From Oscillospiraceae bacterium (GTDB taxonomy: Bacteria > Bacillota > Clostridia > Oscillospirales > Oscillospiraceae), in contig JAISJJ010000126.1 of assembly GCA_031261585.1 (NCBI GenBank), forward strand, positions 1 to 63,180: DNA of 63,180 bases, in the 5' to 3' direction. A model generated the notes under the pieces. That model worked only from the letters and a program-made list of their open reading frames with translations. It was not told the origin of the DNA and searched no databases. The first letter of the stretch is position 1. Every line of letters begins with the position of its first letter. Shown here in pieces: positions 16,289-23,963 of this stretch. A program made the position numbers and the translations under genes.

Positions 16289-16315
16289 GTGGTGCAATCA
16301 GCCAATATTGCGCGG

Positions 16316-17071
16316 TCAACGCCCGAACATTTGGTACAGTTTGACGAAATCGGGTCGCCCGGCAGACTGCATGAGGTACGCGCCGCGCTGTGAAGCGGGT
16401 CTGCGGTTCTGATTGAGATTGGCGATGATCTCGCCGCCCGACAATCTGCCGACACCGTGTCCGTAGTACGAGCCGTCGCCCATGTCGATGACGTTCTCGC
16501 CCTGCCACTCGGGTGTCAGGAGATTCACGTCGGGGTTTGCGAAATAGCGGCGGTCGCCCGCGAGGTAATCGGGGAATTGCCGCATCGAACCCGTCTCCGC
16601 GAGCGCGCGCGTGAGTTTGTGCCAGTTCATGAGCGAGATGCCCGAGAACGCGCGGTCGAACGCCGCGTCGCCGACGACGGCGATCAGCGCGCCGAAGTAG
16701 ACGATCTGCATCGCCGTGGCGCACTCCGTGCCGTACGCGGTGCCGTTTTGGTAGATATCGCGCACGGCGGCAGACGGTTGCGCGCCCGGTCGGAGGTCGA
16801 AACCGCCGTCCATCGTGCGCACCCAGTACCGCATGTTGCAATACGAGTCGCGGAACACCTCGAAACGCAGCCCCGAGCGCAATAGTCTTGCCGCCGAGTT
16901 CACGATCTCGCGCCGCATCGCCAGCTCGAAATCGAGGACGTTGACGCTCGGATAGTCGTATCGCGCGCCGCTCTGCGCGAGTGCGCGCACGCACGAGGAC
17001 TCGATGCCGCCGCTCGTGTAGCGCGCGGCGATCTCATTCACGGGCGCGGCGTTGCCGTTAATCGTTATCAT
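16316..17071 (-). CDS. tgl: protein-glutamine gamma-glutamyltransferase (spore-coat transglutaminase)
   Basis: 251 aa, collinear with B. subtilis Tgl: YDYPSVNVLDFELAMRREIV, YWVR, AVRDIYQNGTAYGTECATAMQIVYF, YFANPDV, EWQGENVI, YYGHGVG. Confidence 0.9.
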   Translation of the reverse strand: MITINGNAAPVNEIAARYTSGGIESSCVRALAQSGARYDYPSVNVLDFELAMRREIVNSAARLLRSGLRFEVFRDSYCNMRYWVRTMDGGFDLRPGAQPSAAVRDIYQNGTAYGTECATAMQIVYFGALIAVVGDAAFDRAFSGISLMNWHKLTRALAETGSMRQFPDYLAGDRRYFANPDVNLLTPEWQGENVIDMGDGSYYGHGVGRLSGGEIIANLNQNRRPASQRGAYLMQSAGRPDFVKLYQMFGR

Positions 17072-17969
17072 GTGTTATATCCTCCCGATTTGCGCGGTGC
17101 GCGAGCAGTTGTTGGTATTCGAGGTCGGTGAGCGGCTTTTTCGGCGTGCGTCCGCGCGGCTCGATCTCACGCCGCAGGAACTTCGCCTCGCGGTCGTGCC
17201 GCACCGAGTAGGGTTTCGAGGTGGAGTTGAAATGCTCCGCCGTCGCGTACAGGTACGGGCGGTGTTCCGTGAGCCACGCGAGATATTCCTCGTACAGCGC
17301 GCGTCTGCCGTCCTTTGTGACGGGATCGTCGAAACTCATGAGCTTGCACGTTAGCTCAACGTCCGCGGGGTTGTCGGACAACAGATGTTTCGCGACGTAC
17401 GAGAGCGCGTTCGGTTCCGCCGTGAGGAAAAAGCCCCACGCGAGGTCGTGTACGTTCAGCCCGAGTCTGTTGCGCCGAAATATCAGCCCCGCCGCGATTT
17501 TCATCGTCTCAGGGTCGTCGAAACGGTCGGCGAAAAACGCGACGGCGGCGTCAATCGCGGCGTCGTAATCGTCGCGCCCCGCGCTGGGTCCGTCCCAGTC
17601 CGCACCCGTCGTGATCATCCAGCTCAGCGCGTCCTGCGTGGGGCGAATCACGCCGTCGAGGTCGGCGATGTTATGTTCGTACAGTGCGGCGCGGGATTTG
17701 TCGCCCGCCTTGTGCGCCGTGATGTACAGCGCGTATTTTTCACGCGCGGTAAGCGAATCCGTGAGTTCGAGACGCTCGATATCGTCCCGCAAGATGTAAA
17801 TCACAGGAAAACTTGTCGCGTCGTCTTGAAGTAAAAGCTCGGCGCGCTGCCGATTTTCGCCGACCGTGTTCACAAAGCGGCGTTTCAGCGAGGTCGCACC
17901 GTGTGCGTGCCAGTGACGGTCAAGCGCACCGAACATTCCGAATGAGCCGAGGGTGTTTCCGCCGTTCAA
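17058..17969 (-). CDS. hypothetical protein (303 aa) translationally coupled to tgl
   Basis: TTG start behind AAAGGGGAG. Its stop overlaps the tgl start by 14 nt. Codon usage matches the neighbours. No family recognised. Confidence 0.7.
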   Translation of the reverse strand: MNGGNTLGSFGMFGALDRHWHAHGATSLKRRFVNTVGENRQRAELLLQDDATSFPVIYILRDDIERLELTDSLTAREKYALYITAHKAGDKSRAALYEHNIADLDGVIRPTQDALSWMITTGADWDGPSAGRDDYDAAIDAAVAFFADRFDDPETMKIAAGLIFRRNRLGLNVHDLAWGFFLTAEPNALSYVAKHLLSDNPADVELTCKLMSFDDPVTKDGRRALYEEYLAWLTEHRPYLYATAEHFNSTSKPYSVRHDREAKFLRREIEPRGRTPKKPLTDLEYQQLLAHRANREDITHDND

Positions 17970-18075
17970 TATAATCTCCCCTTTAAGTTTAGTTGCTCGG
18001 CGTAGTCCGCCGCGTCCATATCATTTTAGTAGTGGAGCGCGCGTTTTGTGAGCGGTAAATATTTCGGGAAAGTGA

Positions 18076-18105
18076 TGTATATAGCCCGATATGGCGGCAA
18101 TACTA
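18076..18105 (+). promoter_or_regulatory. forespore (sigma-F/G-like) promoter candidate for the small ORF
   Basis: TGTATA (18076-18081), 14 nt, GGCAATACTA (18096-18105). The -10 fits the Bacillus sigma-F pattern GGnRAYAMTW at every specified position. The -35 has one mismatch to WGCATA and the spacer is 1 nt short. Confidence 0.35.
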
Positions 18106-18133
18106 ACGGCACTATCGCAGGAGGTGATTAATC

Positions 18134-18271
18134 ATGTCGAAGAAAGACAAGAGCTCCAAGGCTTCAAGCAGCACGAGCACAGCCTCAACGTCGAAGAAGC
18201 CGCAGAGCACGTCGCAGAACAACGCACAGAACAACGCGCAGGATTGCGACGGCAAACAGACGAGCAAGTAA
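18134..18271 (+). CDS. small hydrophilic protein (45 aa), minor-SASP-like composition
   Basis: Not in the track (<60 aa). GCAGGAGGTGA RBS 6 nt before the ATG. MSKKDKSSKASSSTSTASTSKKPQSTSQNNAQNNAQDCDGKQTSK*. A perfect terminator lies 28 nt downstream. Confidence 0.55.
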   Translation: MSKKDKSSKASSSTSTASTSKKPQSTSQNNAQNNAQDCDGKQTSK

Positions 18272-18298
18272 CAAAAGACGACCGTACAAAAGCACAGT

Positions 18299-18326
18299 AA
18301 AGCGCACTCCGAAAGGAGTGCGCTTT
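18299..18326. terminator. bidirectional intrinsic terminator shared by two convergent small ORFs
   Basis: AAAGCGCACTCC gaaa GGAGTGCGCTTT (12-bp perfect stem). Confidence 0.75.
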
Positions 18327-18373
18327 ACCGTTGCGCCTAAAACCGTGCCGAGGGATTCGGCGAAAAGTGAATC

Positions 18374-18511
18374 TCACGGATTGCGCAAAGGCTGTCGTTT
18401 TGCGTGTGATAAGCGCATATCGTGGTCGTCGTCCCAAAGTTTCATGCAGCGCACACATATGCAGTGGTATCGGTGATGACCGAAGATACACAGAAGCCCC
18501 AGAAGTTCCAT
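18374..18511 (-). CDS. small Cys/His-rich protein candidate (45 aa)
   Basis: Not in the track. Minus strand AACGGAGGGCAACGAA-ATG. MELLGLLCIFGHHRYHCICVRCMKLWDDDHDMRLSHAKRQPLRNP*. It has its own consensus-like promoter and shares the 18299-18326 terminator. Confidence 0.4.
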   Translation of the reverse strand: MELLGLLCIFGHHRYHCICVRCMKLWDDDHDMRLSHAKRQPLRNP

Positions 18512-18543
18512 TTCGTTGCCCTCCGTTTTATTGTGTTGAGAAT

Positions 18544-18572
18544 ATTGTACTGTATTTTCAAGCTGTTTTCAA
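18544..18572 (-). promoter_or_regulatory. sigma-A promoter for the 18511-18374 small ORF
   Basis: Minus strand TTGAAA (18572-18567), 17 nt, TACAAT (18549-18544). Confidence 0.5.
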
Positions 18573-18602
18573 GGCGAACACGACGGCAGCGACGCACGGT
18601 TC

Positions 18603-18769
18603 CCGCATTTACTTTTCCACTCGTCATTGCGAGCCGCGCGAAGCAATCCAGAACCCCCGGCTCCTCGTCAAAACCCACATAACGCGGGATAGGACGTGGG
18701 TTACGGGGGACTGGATTGCTTCGTGCGCTCGCAATGACGAGTTGGAACGCGTGAAATAAGAAAATGCGG
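18603..18769. repeat. 167-nt foldback (MITE-like) element, inverted copy of 39944-40095
   Basis: Arms cgtcattgcgagccgcgcgaagcaatccag / ctggattgcttcgtgcgctcgcaatgacg. Termini ccgcattt / aaatgcgg. 18603-18651 equals the reverse complement of 40047-40095 with 1 mismatch. Confidence 0.85.
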
Positions 18770-18828
18770 TAGTTGTGAGCTTGTCTGTCGCGCCTGTTCA
18801 GCCGCGAAAAATAATTTTCAAAAAGGGG

Positions 18829-18857
18829 TTGACAAACGCTAACTACTACTGTATAAT
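18829..18857 (+). promoter_or_regulatory. consensus sigma-A promoter of the PadR operon
   Basis: TTGACA (18829-18834), 17 nt, TATAAT (18852-18857). ACTACTACTG / ATACTACTGCTAC direct repeats and an ATAAC-caata-GTTAT inverted repeat overlap it (possible operator). Confidence 0.6.
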
Positions 18858-18904
18858 AACCAATAGTTATATAACAATACTACTGCTACGGAGGTGAAAC
18901 GCGA

Positions 18905-19234
18905 TTGAACAACATAAACAAGACGCTGTACAGCAGGGGGGTGCTTGAATTGTGCGTACTAACACTGCTCGCGCGCGGCGACTGCTACGGTTACGACGTG
19001 TCCGAGCGCATCCCAAAGACCATCGAGCTTGCGGAGGGTGCGGTGTACCCGATTCTGCGGCGCATGAAGCTCGACGGGTTCGTCACAACGTACCTGTCGG
19101 AGGACAGCGGGGGACCGCCGCGCAAGTACTATCGGCTCACGGACGAGGGGCGGCGCGAATACGAGAGCGCGAGAAACGATTGGATCGAGTTTTCGGAGTC
19201 GATCACAAAAATGTTGGAGGGCGAACAAGAATGA
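18905..19234 (+). CDS. PadR-family transcriptional regulator
   Basis: TTG start behind GGAGGTGA. LELCVLTLLARGDCYGYDVSERI..EGAVYPILRRMKLDGFVTTY..PPRKYYRLTDEGR. Confidence 0.85.
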   Translation: MNNINKTLYSRGVLELCVLTLLARGDCYGYDVSERIPKTIELAEGAVYPILRRMKLDGFVTTYLSEDSGGPPRKYYRLTDEGRREYESARNDWIEFSESITKMLEGEQE

Positions 19235-19935
19235 AAAAAGCTGATTTTCTCTATGAGTTGCAGACGAATCTGCAAAAATCGAGGGTGTCTGACGCGGACG
19301 ACATACTCGCGGAGTACGAGCAGCATTTTGACCGCAAGATGCAGGACGGATACACCGAGGACGAGATTTCACAGCGGCTCGGGTCGCCCGAGGATGTCGC
19401 GTCGCTGTACGACGCGGGCAATCCCGCCGTTCGGACGCAGTTTATCGTAAAGGGCGGCATCGCGTTGGCGGATATCGGCATTGCGTTCGTCTGGATACTG
19501 GTTTTCGGCATGATCGCCGTGATGTTCGCGGCGGCGGCGGCGTTTGTCGGCACGGGTGCGTTCATCGCCACGGGGACGGCGTTCCCGTTCACCGACGTGG
19601 CACCGCTCGCGATGCCCGCGATCACGCGGATTCTCATCGTCGCGGCGGAATTTGGGGCGGCGGTACTGTGCGCGCTCGGCGGGCTGTGGTACGCGCGGTT
19701 GTTCGGCAGGCAGATAAAGTCGTACAAACGGTTCCGCTCAAACGCCCTGAACGGCGCGAAACTGCCGCCCGTGCCGATATTTCCGCTGACGAGCTTGGCG
19801 GTTCGCAGACGCGAGCGCGCCGTCATACTCGTAGCGGCGGCGTTGCTCATACTCGGTCTCGTGGCGGCGTACACGGTGAGCGCGATATCCGCGCACAGCT
19901 TCGAGTTCTGGCACGTCTGGCAGTGGTTCGCGTAA
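19231..19935 (+). CDS. DUF1700-type membrane protein (PadR-associated)
   Basis: Track ORF 18952-19935 is an upstream extension. ATG 19231 overlaps the padR stop (ATGA). MKKADFLYELQTNLQKSRVSDADDILAEYEQHFDRKMQDGYTEDEISQRLGSPEDVA followed by 4 TM segments. Confidence 0.8.
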   Translation: MKKADFLYELQTNLQKSRVSDADDILAEYEQHFDRKMQDGYTEDEISQRLGSPEDVASLYDAGNPAVRTQFIVKGGIALADIGIAFVWILVFGMIAVMFAAAAAFVGTGAFIATGTAFPFTDVAPLAMPAITRILIVAAEFGAAVLCALGGLWYARLFGRQIKSYKRFRSNALNGAKLPPVPIFPLTSLAVRRRERAVILVAAALLILGLVAAYTVSAISAHSFEFWHVWQWFA

Positions 19936-19968
19936 GCGCGCAAAATATCAAATAAGGAGTAATTGACA

Positions 19969-20202
19969 ATGGGAAAACTCATGGACACGCAAAAGAAGAT
20001 CGAGCACGGCGTTGTGATCGGCTACAAGGCGGTTGAGAACGGTGTTGTATCGGGCTACAAGTCGATAGAGACGGGTGTCGTCTCGGGCTATAAGGCGATA
20101 GAAGCGGGCGTTGTGTCGGGTTATAAGGCGATAGAGGGCAAATTTGAGAAGATGTTCTCGTCGGACGGCGACGATACAACATCCGAGAAAGGCGGGGAAT
20201 AA
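19969..20202 (+). CDS. small protein with four 11-residue GVVSGYKAIEx repeats
   Basis: ATG 19969 with AAGGAG 9 nt upstream. Repeats GVVIGYKAVEN GVVSGYKSIET GVVSGYKAIEA GVVSGYKAIEG differ mainly at synonymous sites in the DNA, which argues for real coding. Confidence 0.65.
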   Translation: MGKLMDTQKKIEHGVVIGYKAVENGVVSGYKSIETGVVSGYKAIEAGVVSGYKAIEGKFEKMFSSDGDDTTSEKGGE

Positions 20203-20204
20203 GA

Positions 20205-20306
20205 GTGAAACGTCATAAAAAACTGTGGATAACGCTGTCGGCGGTAGTTGCCGCACTGTTTGGCGCGGGCTTGATAGTGCTGCGGCTCAGACACGATTCA
20301 TTCTGA
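20205..20306 (+). CDS. possible 33-aa single-TM peptide
   Basis: GTG 20205, directly after the previous stop. VKRHKKLWITLSAVVAALFGAGLIVLRLRHDSF*. Not in the track; weak RBS. Confidence 0.3.
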   Translation: MKRHKKLWITLSAVVAALFGAGLIVLRLRHDSF

Positions 20307-20323
20307 GCGGAGGGGGATTGTAC

Positions 20324-20971
20324 ATGAAACGCCGATTGAGACGACTTGCGGCATACACGTTCGGGCGAGAGCACATGACGGCGCGCACCATCAGGTACGC
20401 GAAGCTGTCCATGCTCCTGAACGCCGTCCTCGCGATAGGCAAAATCGGCGTAGGCGTGTACTCCCTCTCGATTTTCGTCTGCGTAAACGGGTTTTACAAC
20501 GTCGGAATCGCGCTCGCAAAGCACACCGCAGTCAAAGGTCACAGCGAATCGGAGCAGCGGGGACATTACGCGCGCGTCGGTTGGATTATACTCGTGACAA
20601 GTGCGGTTTATATGGTTTACTGCGCGAACATGGCGATTCGCGGGCGCGCGAACGTGACCTACGACATGATTACGTCGCTCGCGATCTCCACGTTCTCATT
20701 CGCTGAGATTGGCGCGGCGATTTACGGTGTCGCGGCGGCGCGAAAGATGAAAAGTCTCGCGATATCGGCGGCGAAGCGCGTAAGTCTTGTCACCGCGCTC
20801 ATCTCACTCGTGCTGACGCAATCCGCGCTCTTGGGATTAACGGAGACGGAAAACGTGGTGCAGTACTGCGGGTGGACGGGGCTGATAGTAGGCGGTGTCT
20901 CCGCGATTATCGGGCTGAGCATGATAGTGCGCATGAGACGCGAGGTGAGAGAGGACAAGCTGTGCGGGTGA
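20324..20971 (+). CDS. hypothetical polytopic membrane protein (215 aa)
   Basis: Track ORF 20225-20971; ATG 20324 sits behind GGAGGGGGA. Five to six hydrophobic helices. Confidence 0.7.
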   Translation: MKRRLRRLAAYTFGREHMTARTIRYAKLSMLLNAVLAIGKIGVGVYSLSIFVCVNGFYNVGIALAKHTAVKGHSESEQRGHYARVGWIILVTSAVYMVYCANMAIRGRANVTYDMITSLAISTFSFAEIGAAIYGVAAARKMKSLAISAAKRVSLVTALISLVLTQSALLGLTETENVVQYCGWTGLIVGGVSAIIGLSMIVRMRREVREDKLCG

Positions 20972-20984
20972 TTATTGGAAATGC

Positions 20985-21018
20985 AAAAACGGAGCAGACG
21001 ACGGTCTGCTCCGTTTTT
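20985..21018. terminator. bidirectional rho-independent terminator
   Basis: AAAAACGGAGCAGAC gacg GTCTGCTCCGTTTTT. Confidence 0.75.
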
Positions 21019-21095
21019 ATATGCCAATAATGCGAATCGTGTGTTGAATCGAACCAACGTGTCGTAGGGGCGGGTCTTGACCCGCCCGTCGTTGA

Positions 21096-21830
21096 CTACA
21101 CCAATGCCATGACCGCGCTCATTGTTTCGCCTATCGGTTCGCGGATCACGATGTCCGCGCTGCTGTCGTACTGCGTCGGCGATTTATTCAGCAGTACGAG
21201 CGTGTCGCCCGCAAAGTACCGCACGAGACCCGCGGCGGGGTACACAGCGAGCGACGTGCCGCCCACTATGAGCGTGCGCGCCTTTGAGATTGCGCGCTGA
21301 GCCGCCGTCATCACGCGCTCGTCCAGTCCCTCCTCGTACAGCACGACGTCGGGGCGGACGATGCCGCCGCATTTTGCGCATTTCGGCACGATGTCGTCGG
21401 AGTGCATAATGTAATCGAGCGTGTACGTCGCGCCGCACTTGACGCAGTACTGCCGCGCGTTAGAGCCGTGCAGTTCGAGGACGTTGTGACTGCCCGCGTC
21501 CTGATGCAGACCGTCGATATTCTGCGTCACGACGGCGGTCAGCAGACTGCGCGATTCGAGTTCCGCGAGCGCGTAATGCGCGGGGTTCGGTTTCGCGTCG
21601 GGCGCGACGAGATTCGCCTTGTAGTAGCGGAAGAACAGCTCGGGTTCCTCGACGAAGCACGTGTGGCTTATCAGATCCTCGGGCGATCTGCCGTAGACCT
21701 CACGCGCGGCGTACAGACCCGTCTCGGAGCGGAAATCGGGGATACCGCTCTCGGTGGACACGCCCGCGCCGCCGAAGAACACGACGCCGCCGAGTTTCAG
21801 CGTGTCCGCGAGTTTTTGAATGTCCGTCAC
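21096..21830 (-). CDS. cobB: NAD-dependent protein deacylase (Sir2 family)
   Basis: GAGVSTESGIPDFRS, VTQNIDGLH, HGS..QYCVKCG..CAKCGG (Zn ribbon), GTSLAVYPAA. Confidence 0.9.
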   Translation of the reverse strand: MTDIQKLADTLKLGGVVFFGGAGVSTESGIPDFRSETGLYAAREVYGRSPEDLISHTCFVEEPELFFRYYKANLVAPDAKPNPAHYALAELESRSLLTAVVTQNIDGLHQDAGSHNVLELHGSNARQYCVKCGATYTLDYIMHSDDIVPKCAKCGGIVRPDVVLYEEGLDERVMTAAQRAISKARTLIVGGTSLAVYPAAGLVRYFAGDTLVLLNKSPTQYDSSADIVIREPIGETMSAVMALV

Positions 21831-22849
21831 GCGGTCACCCCCTGAATATTTATGATGCCGCTGATCAGCAATATGTATACGACGTAGATCGCGAAGATGA
21901 TCGCGCCCTGCCAGCGGTAGAGTTTGCGCCCGACAGCCGTCGGCAGTACCGCGAGAACCATGATACCGAGCGAGAACGGCAGGTCGAGACGCTGTGTCTG
22001 TTGCGGTACGGCGAGATTGCCGCGCGAGACGAACGAACAGATCGAGAGAATCAGCGTGTTGTCGAGGATATTCGCGCCGACGATATTGCCGATGGACAGC
22101 GCGTTCTGCTTCTTGATCACCGCCGTGATCGAGGTCACGACCTCGGGCAGCGACGTACCTATCGCGACGAACGTCACGCCGACGACGGCGGGCGGGATAC
22201 CGACCGTCTCCGCGAGCCGCTGTCCGTTGTCCACGAGCAGGTTCGAGCCGAGGACGAGCGCGGCGGCACCGACAATGAATTTGCCGATGTTGATCAGAAC
22301 CGAGAGGTTCGTCTGCGGAATCTTGACGCGCGAGTCGTCTCCGTCGTTCGACTTGATGTTGACGACCATCGACACGCCGAAGAGCGCGAAGAGCACCAGC
22401 CCCTCGGTGACGTTCAGCCTGCCGTCGAGACTGAACGCCAGCAATAGCGCGGTCACACCGACCATTATCGCGCCTTTGAGCTTGAACGAGCCGTCGAGCA
22501 CCGCCCCGGGCGTGAACATGGCGAGTATCGCGAAGCCGAGACCGATATTCGCGACGGGTGAGCCGACCGCGTTACCGACGGCGATCTCATTGTAGCCCTT
22601 TGCCGTCGCGATTACGGAGGTCAGCAGTTCGGGCGCGGTCGTCGCGAACGATACGAGCGTCGCGCCGATGACTACCTTCGAGACACCCGTCGCGTCGGAC
22701 ACCCACGCCGCCGCGTCGACGAATATGTCGCCGCCTTTTATGACGAGGGCAAGCCCCACGATGAAGAGTATTATCAGCAGCCATATCGAGTCGGGGTTTA
22801 TGCCGAGAAACGCGGGCAGGGGAACAGGTAACGCCGCTGTCAGTGTCAT
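21827..22849 (-). CDS. calcium/sodium antiporter (CaCA family, YrbG-like)
   Basis: Track ORF 21827-23434 over-extends into spo0A. Start is ATG 22849 (MTLTAALPV..). Two alpha-repeats: GATLVSFATTAPELLTS and FVAIGTSLPEVVTS. 4-nt overlap with cobB. Confidence 0.85.
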   Translation of the reverse strand: MTLTAALPVPLPAFLGINPDSIWLLIILFIVGLALVIKGGDIFVDAAAWVSDATGVSKVVIGATLVSFATTAPELLTSVIATAKGYNEIAVGNAVGSPVANIGLGFAILAMFTPGAVLDGSFKLKGAIMVGVTALLLAFSLDGRLNVTEGLVLFALFGVSMVVNIKSNDGDDSRVKIPQTNLSVLINIGKFIVGAAALVLGSNLLVDNGQRLAETVGIPPAVVGVTFVAIGTSLPEVVTSITAVIKKQNALSIGNIVGANILDNTLILSICSFVSRGNLAVPQQTQRLDLPFSLGIMVLAVLPTAVGRKLYRWQGAIIFAIYVVYILLISGIINIQGVTA

Positions 22850-22892
22850 GTCATACCTCATAAATAATGATTTAGTGCCACTAATGAAAGAT

Positions 22893-22921
22893 ATTATACT
22901 ACACCGCGCGGCAGAACGCAA
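22893..22921 (-). promoter_or_regulatory. sigma-A promoter candidate for the antiporter-cobB operon
   Basis: Minus strand TTGCGT (22921-22916), 17 nt, TATAAT (22898-22893). Confidence 0.45.
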
Positions 22922-22935
22922 GCACCGATGTGCGG

Positions 22936-23724
22936 TTAACCGAATCTCAGCTCGCGGCGTTGCAGGCTCAGGCGGTCGGCTATCATCGCTATGAACTCGC
23001 TGTTCGTCGGTTTGCCCTTGATGTTCGACACCGTGTAGCCGAAGAATTTTTGCAGTGTCTCCAAGTCTCCGCGATCCCACGCGACCTCTATCGCGTGGCG
23101 AATCGCGCGCTCGACGCGGCTCGGTGTCGTTGCGAAACGCTTCGCAACGGTAGGGTACAGCACCTTTGTCACCGAGTTGATGATGTCGGGGTCGTTCACG
23201 GCGAGGACGATAGCCTCGCGCACGTAAGCGTAGCCCTTGATGTGCGCGGGAACGCCGATCTCGTGGATCACGTCCGTCACAAGAGCGTCGACGCTCGGAT
23301 CGGGGCGCGCGCCGCGTGTGTCGCGCGGGTCGCCCGATATGCGCGTATGCCCCGCGACGGTGCGAATCCGCGAGAACAACGCCTGAACATCGAACGGCTT
23401 GTGCATGAAGTACGACACGCCGAGCGCGGAACATTCCGCCAGTGTGTGGTCACTGCAAAAACTCGACATGACGATGACGGCGGGGCGATCCTGCTCGGGT
23501 ATCTCCGCCACGCGGGTGAGCAGCGACAGCCCGTCAACCCCCGACAATACCACGTCGAGCAGCAGCACGTCGGGTTTGAGCTTGTGAACCGCGTCGAGTG
23601 CTTCCGCACCGTCGGCGGTGGTGAGCGCGACGACGGCGTCGCCCTCGTCCGTGAGCATCCCCGAGATCAGCGTGCGGTAGTCCTCGCTCATGTCGGCGAT
23701 AATGACCTTGATCTTGCTTTGCAT
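22936..23724 (-). CDS. spo0A: sporulation master response regulator Spo0A
   Basis: Receiver domain [26 protein letters not shown]. Signature C-terminal domain [64 protein letters not shown]. Confidence 0.95.
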   Translation of the reverse strand: MQSKIKVIIADMSEDYRTLISGMLTDEGDAVVALTTADGAEALDAVHKLKPDVLLLDVVLSGVDGLSLLTRVAEIPEQDRPAVIVMSSFCSDHTLAECSALGVSYFMHKPFDVQALFSRIRTVAGHTRISGDPRDTRGARPDPSVDALVTDVIHEIGVPAHIKGYAYVREAIVLAVNDPDIINSVTKVLYPTVAKRFATTPSRVERAIRHAIEVAWDRGDLETLQKFFGYTVSNIKGKPTNSEFIAMIADRLSLQRRELRFG

Positions 23725-23963
23725 GTGTTGTTCCTCCGTACAGACAATTTTATCTAAGTACCCATAATTTACCAGAAGTTAGCGTAAAATGCAAGAAAAA
23801 TTTTTGGCGAATCGGCACCACTTTTCGGGTTTGTTGACAACTCCCGTCGACAGGCGTGAAACATCTGCAATTACTGCGAATGTTGTCGATTGCACCCGCT
23901 TTAATGTGACATTTCCCGAGCGTCGGGGAATGTCGGAATTTGCCCTGCGATTACCGAAAAACA

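Noticed and set aside
15843-16297. Two minus-strand ORFs (97 and 88 aa) upstream of the acyl-CoA synthetase gene.
   Set aside because: They lie within the T-box leader, whose conserved RNA motifs and alternative helices explain the sequence better than coding does.
21827-23434. 535-aa ORF suggesting a much larger antiporter.
   Set aside because: The N-terminal 194 codons overlap spo0A out of frame and are Arg-rich. A sensible start (ATG 22849, MTLTAALPV..) gives a normal 340-aa CaCA protein.
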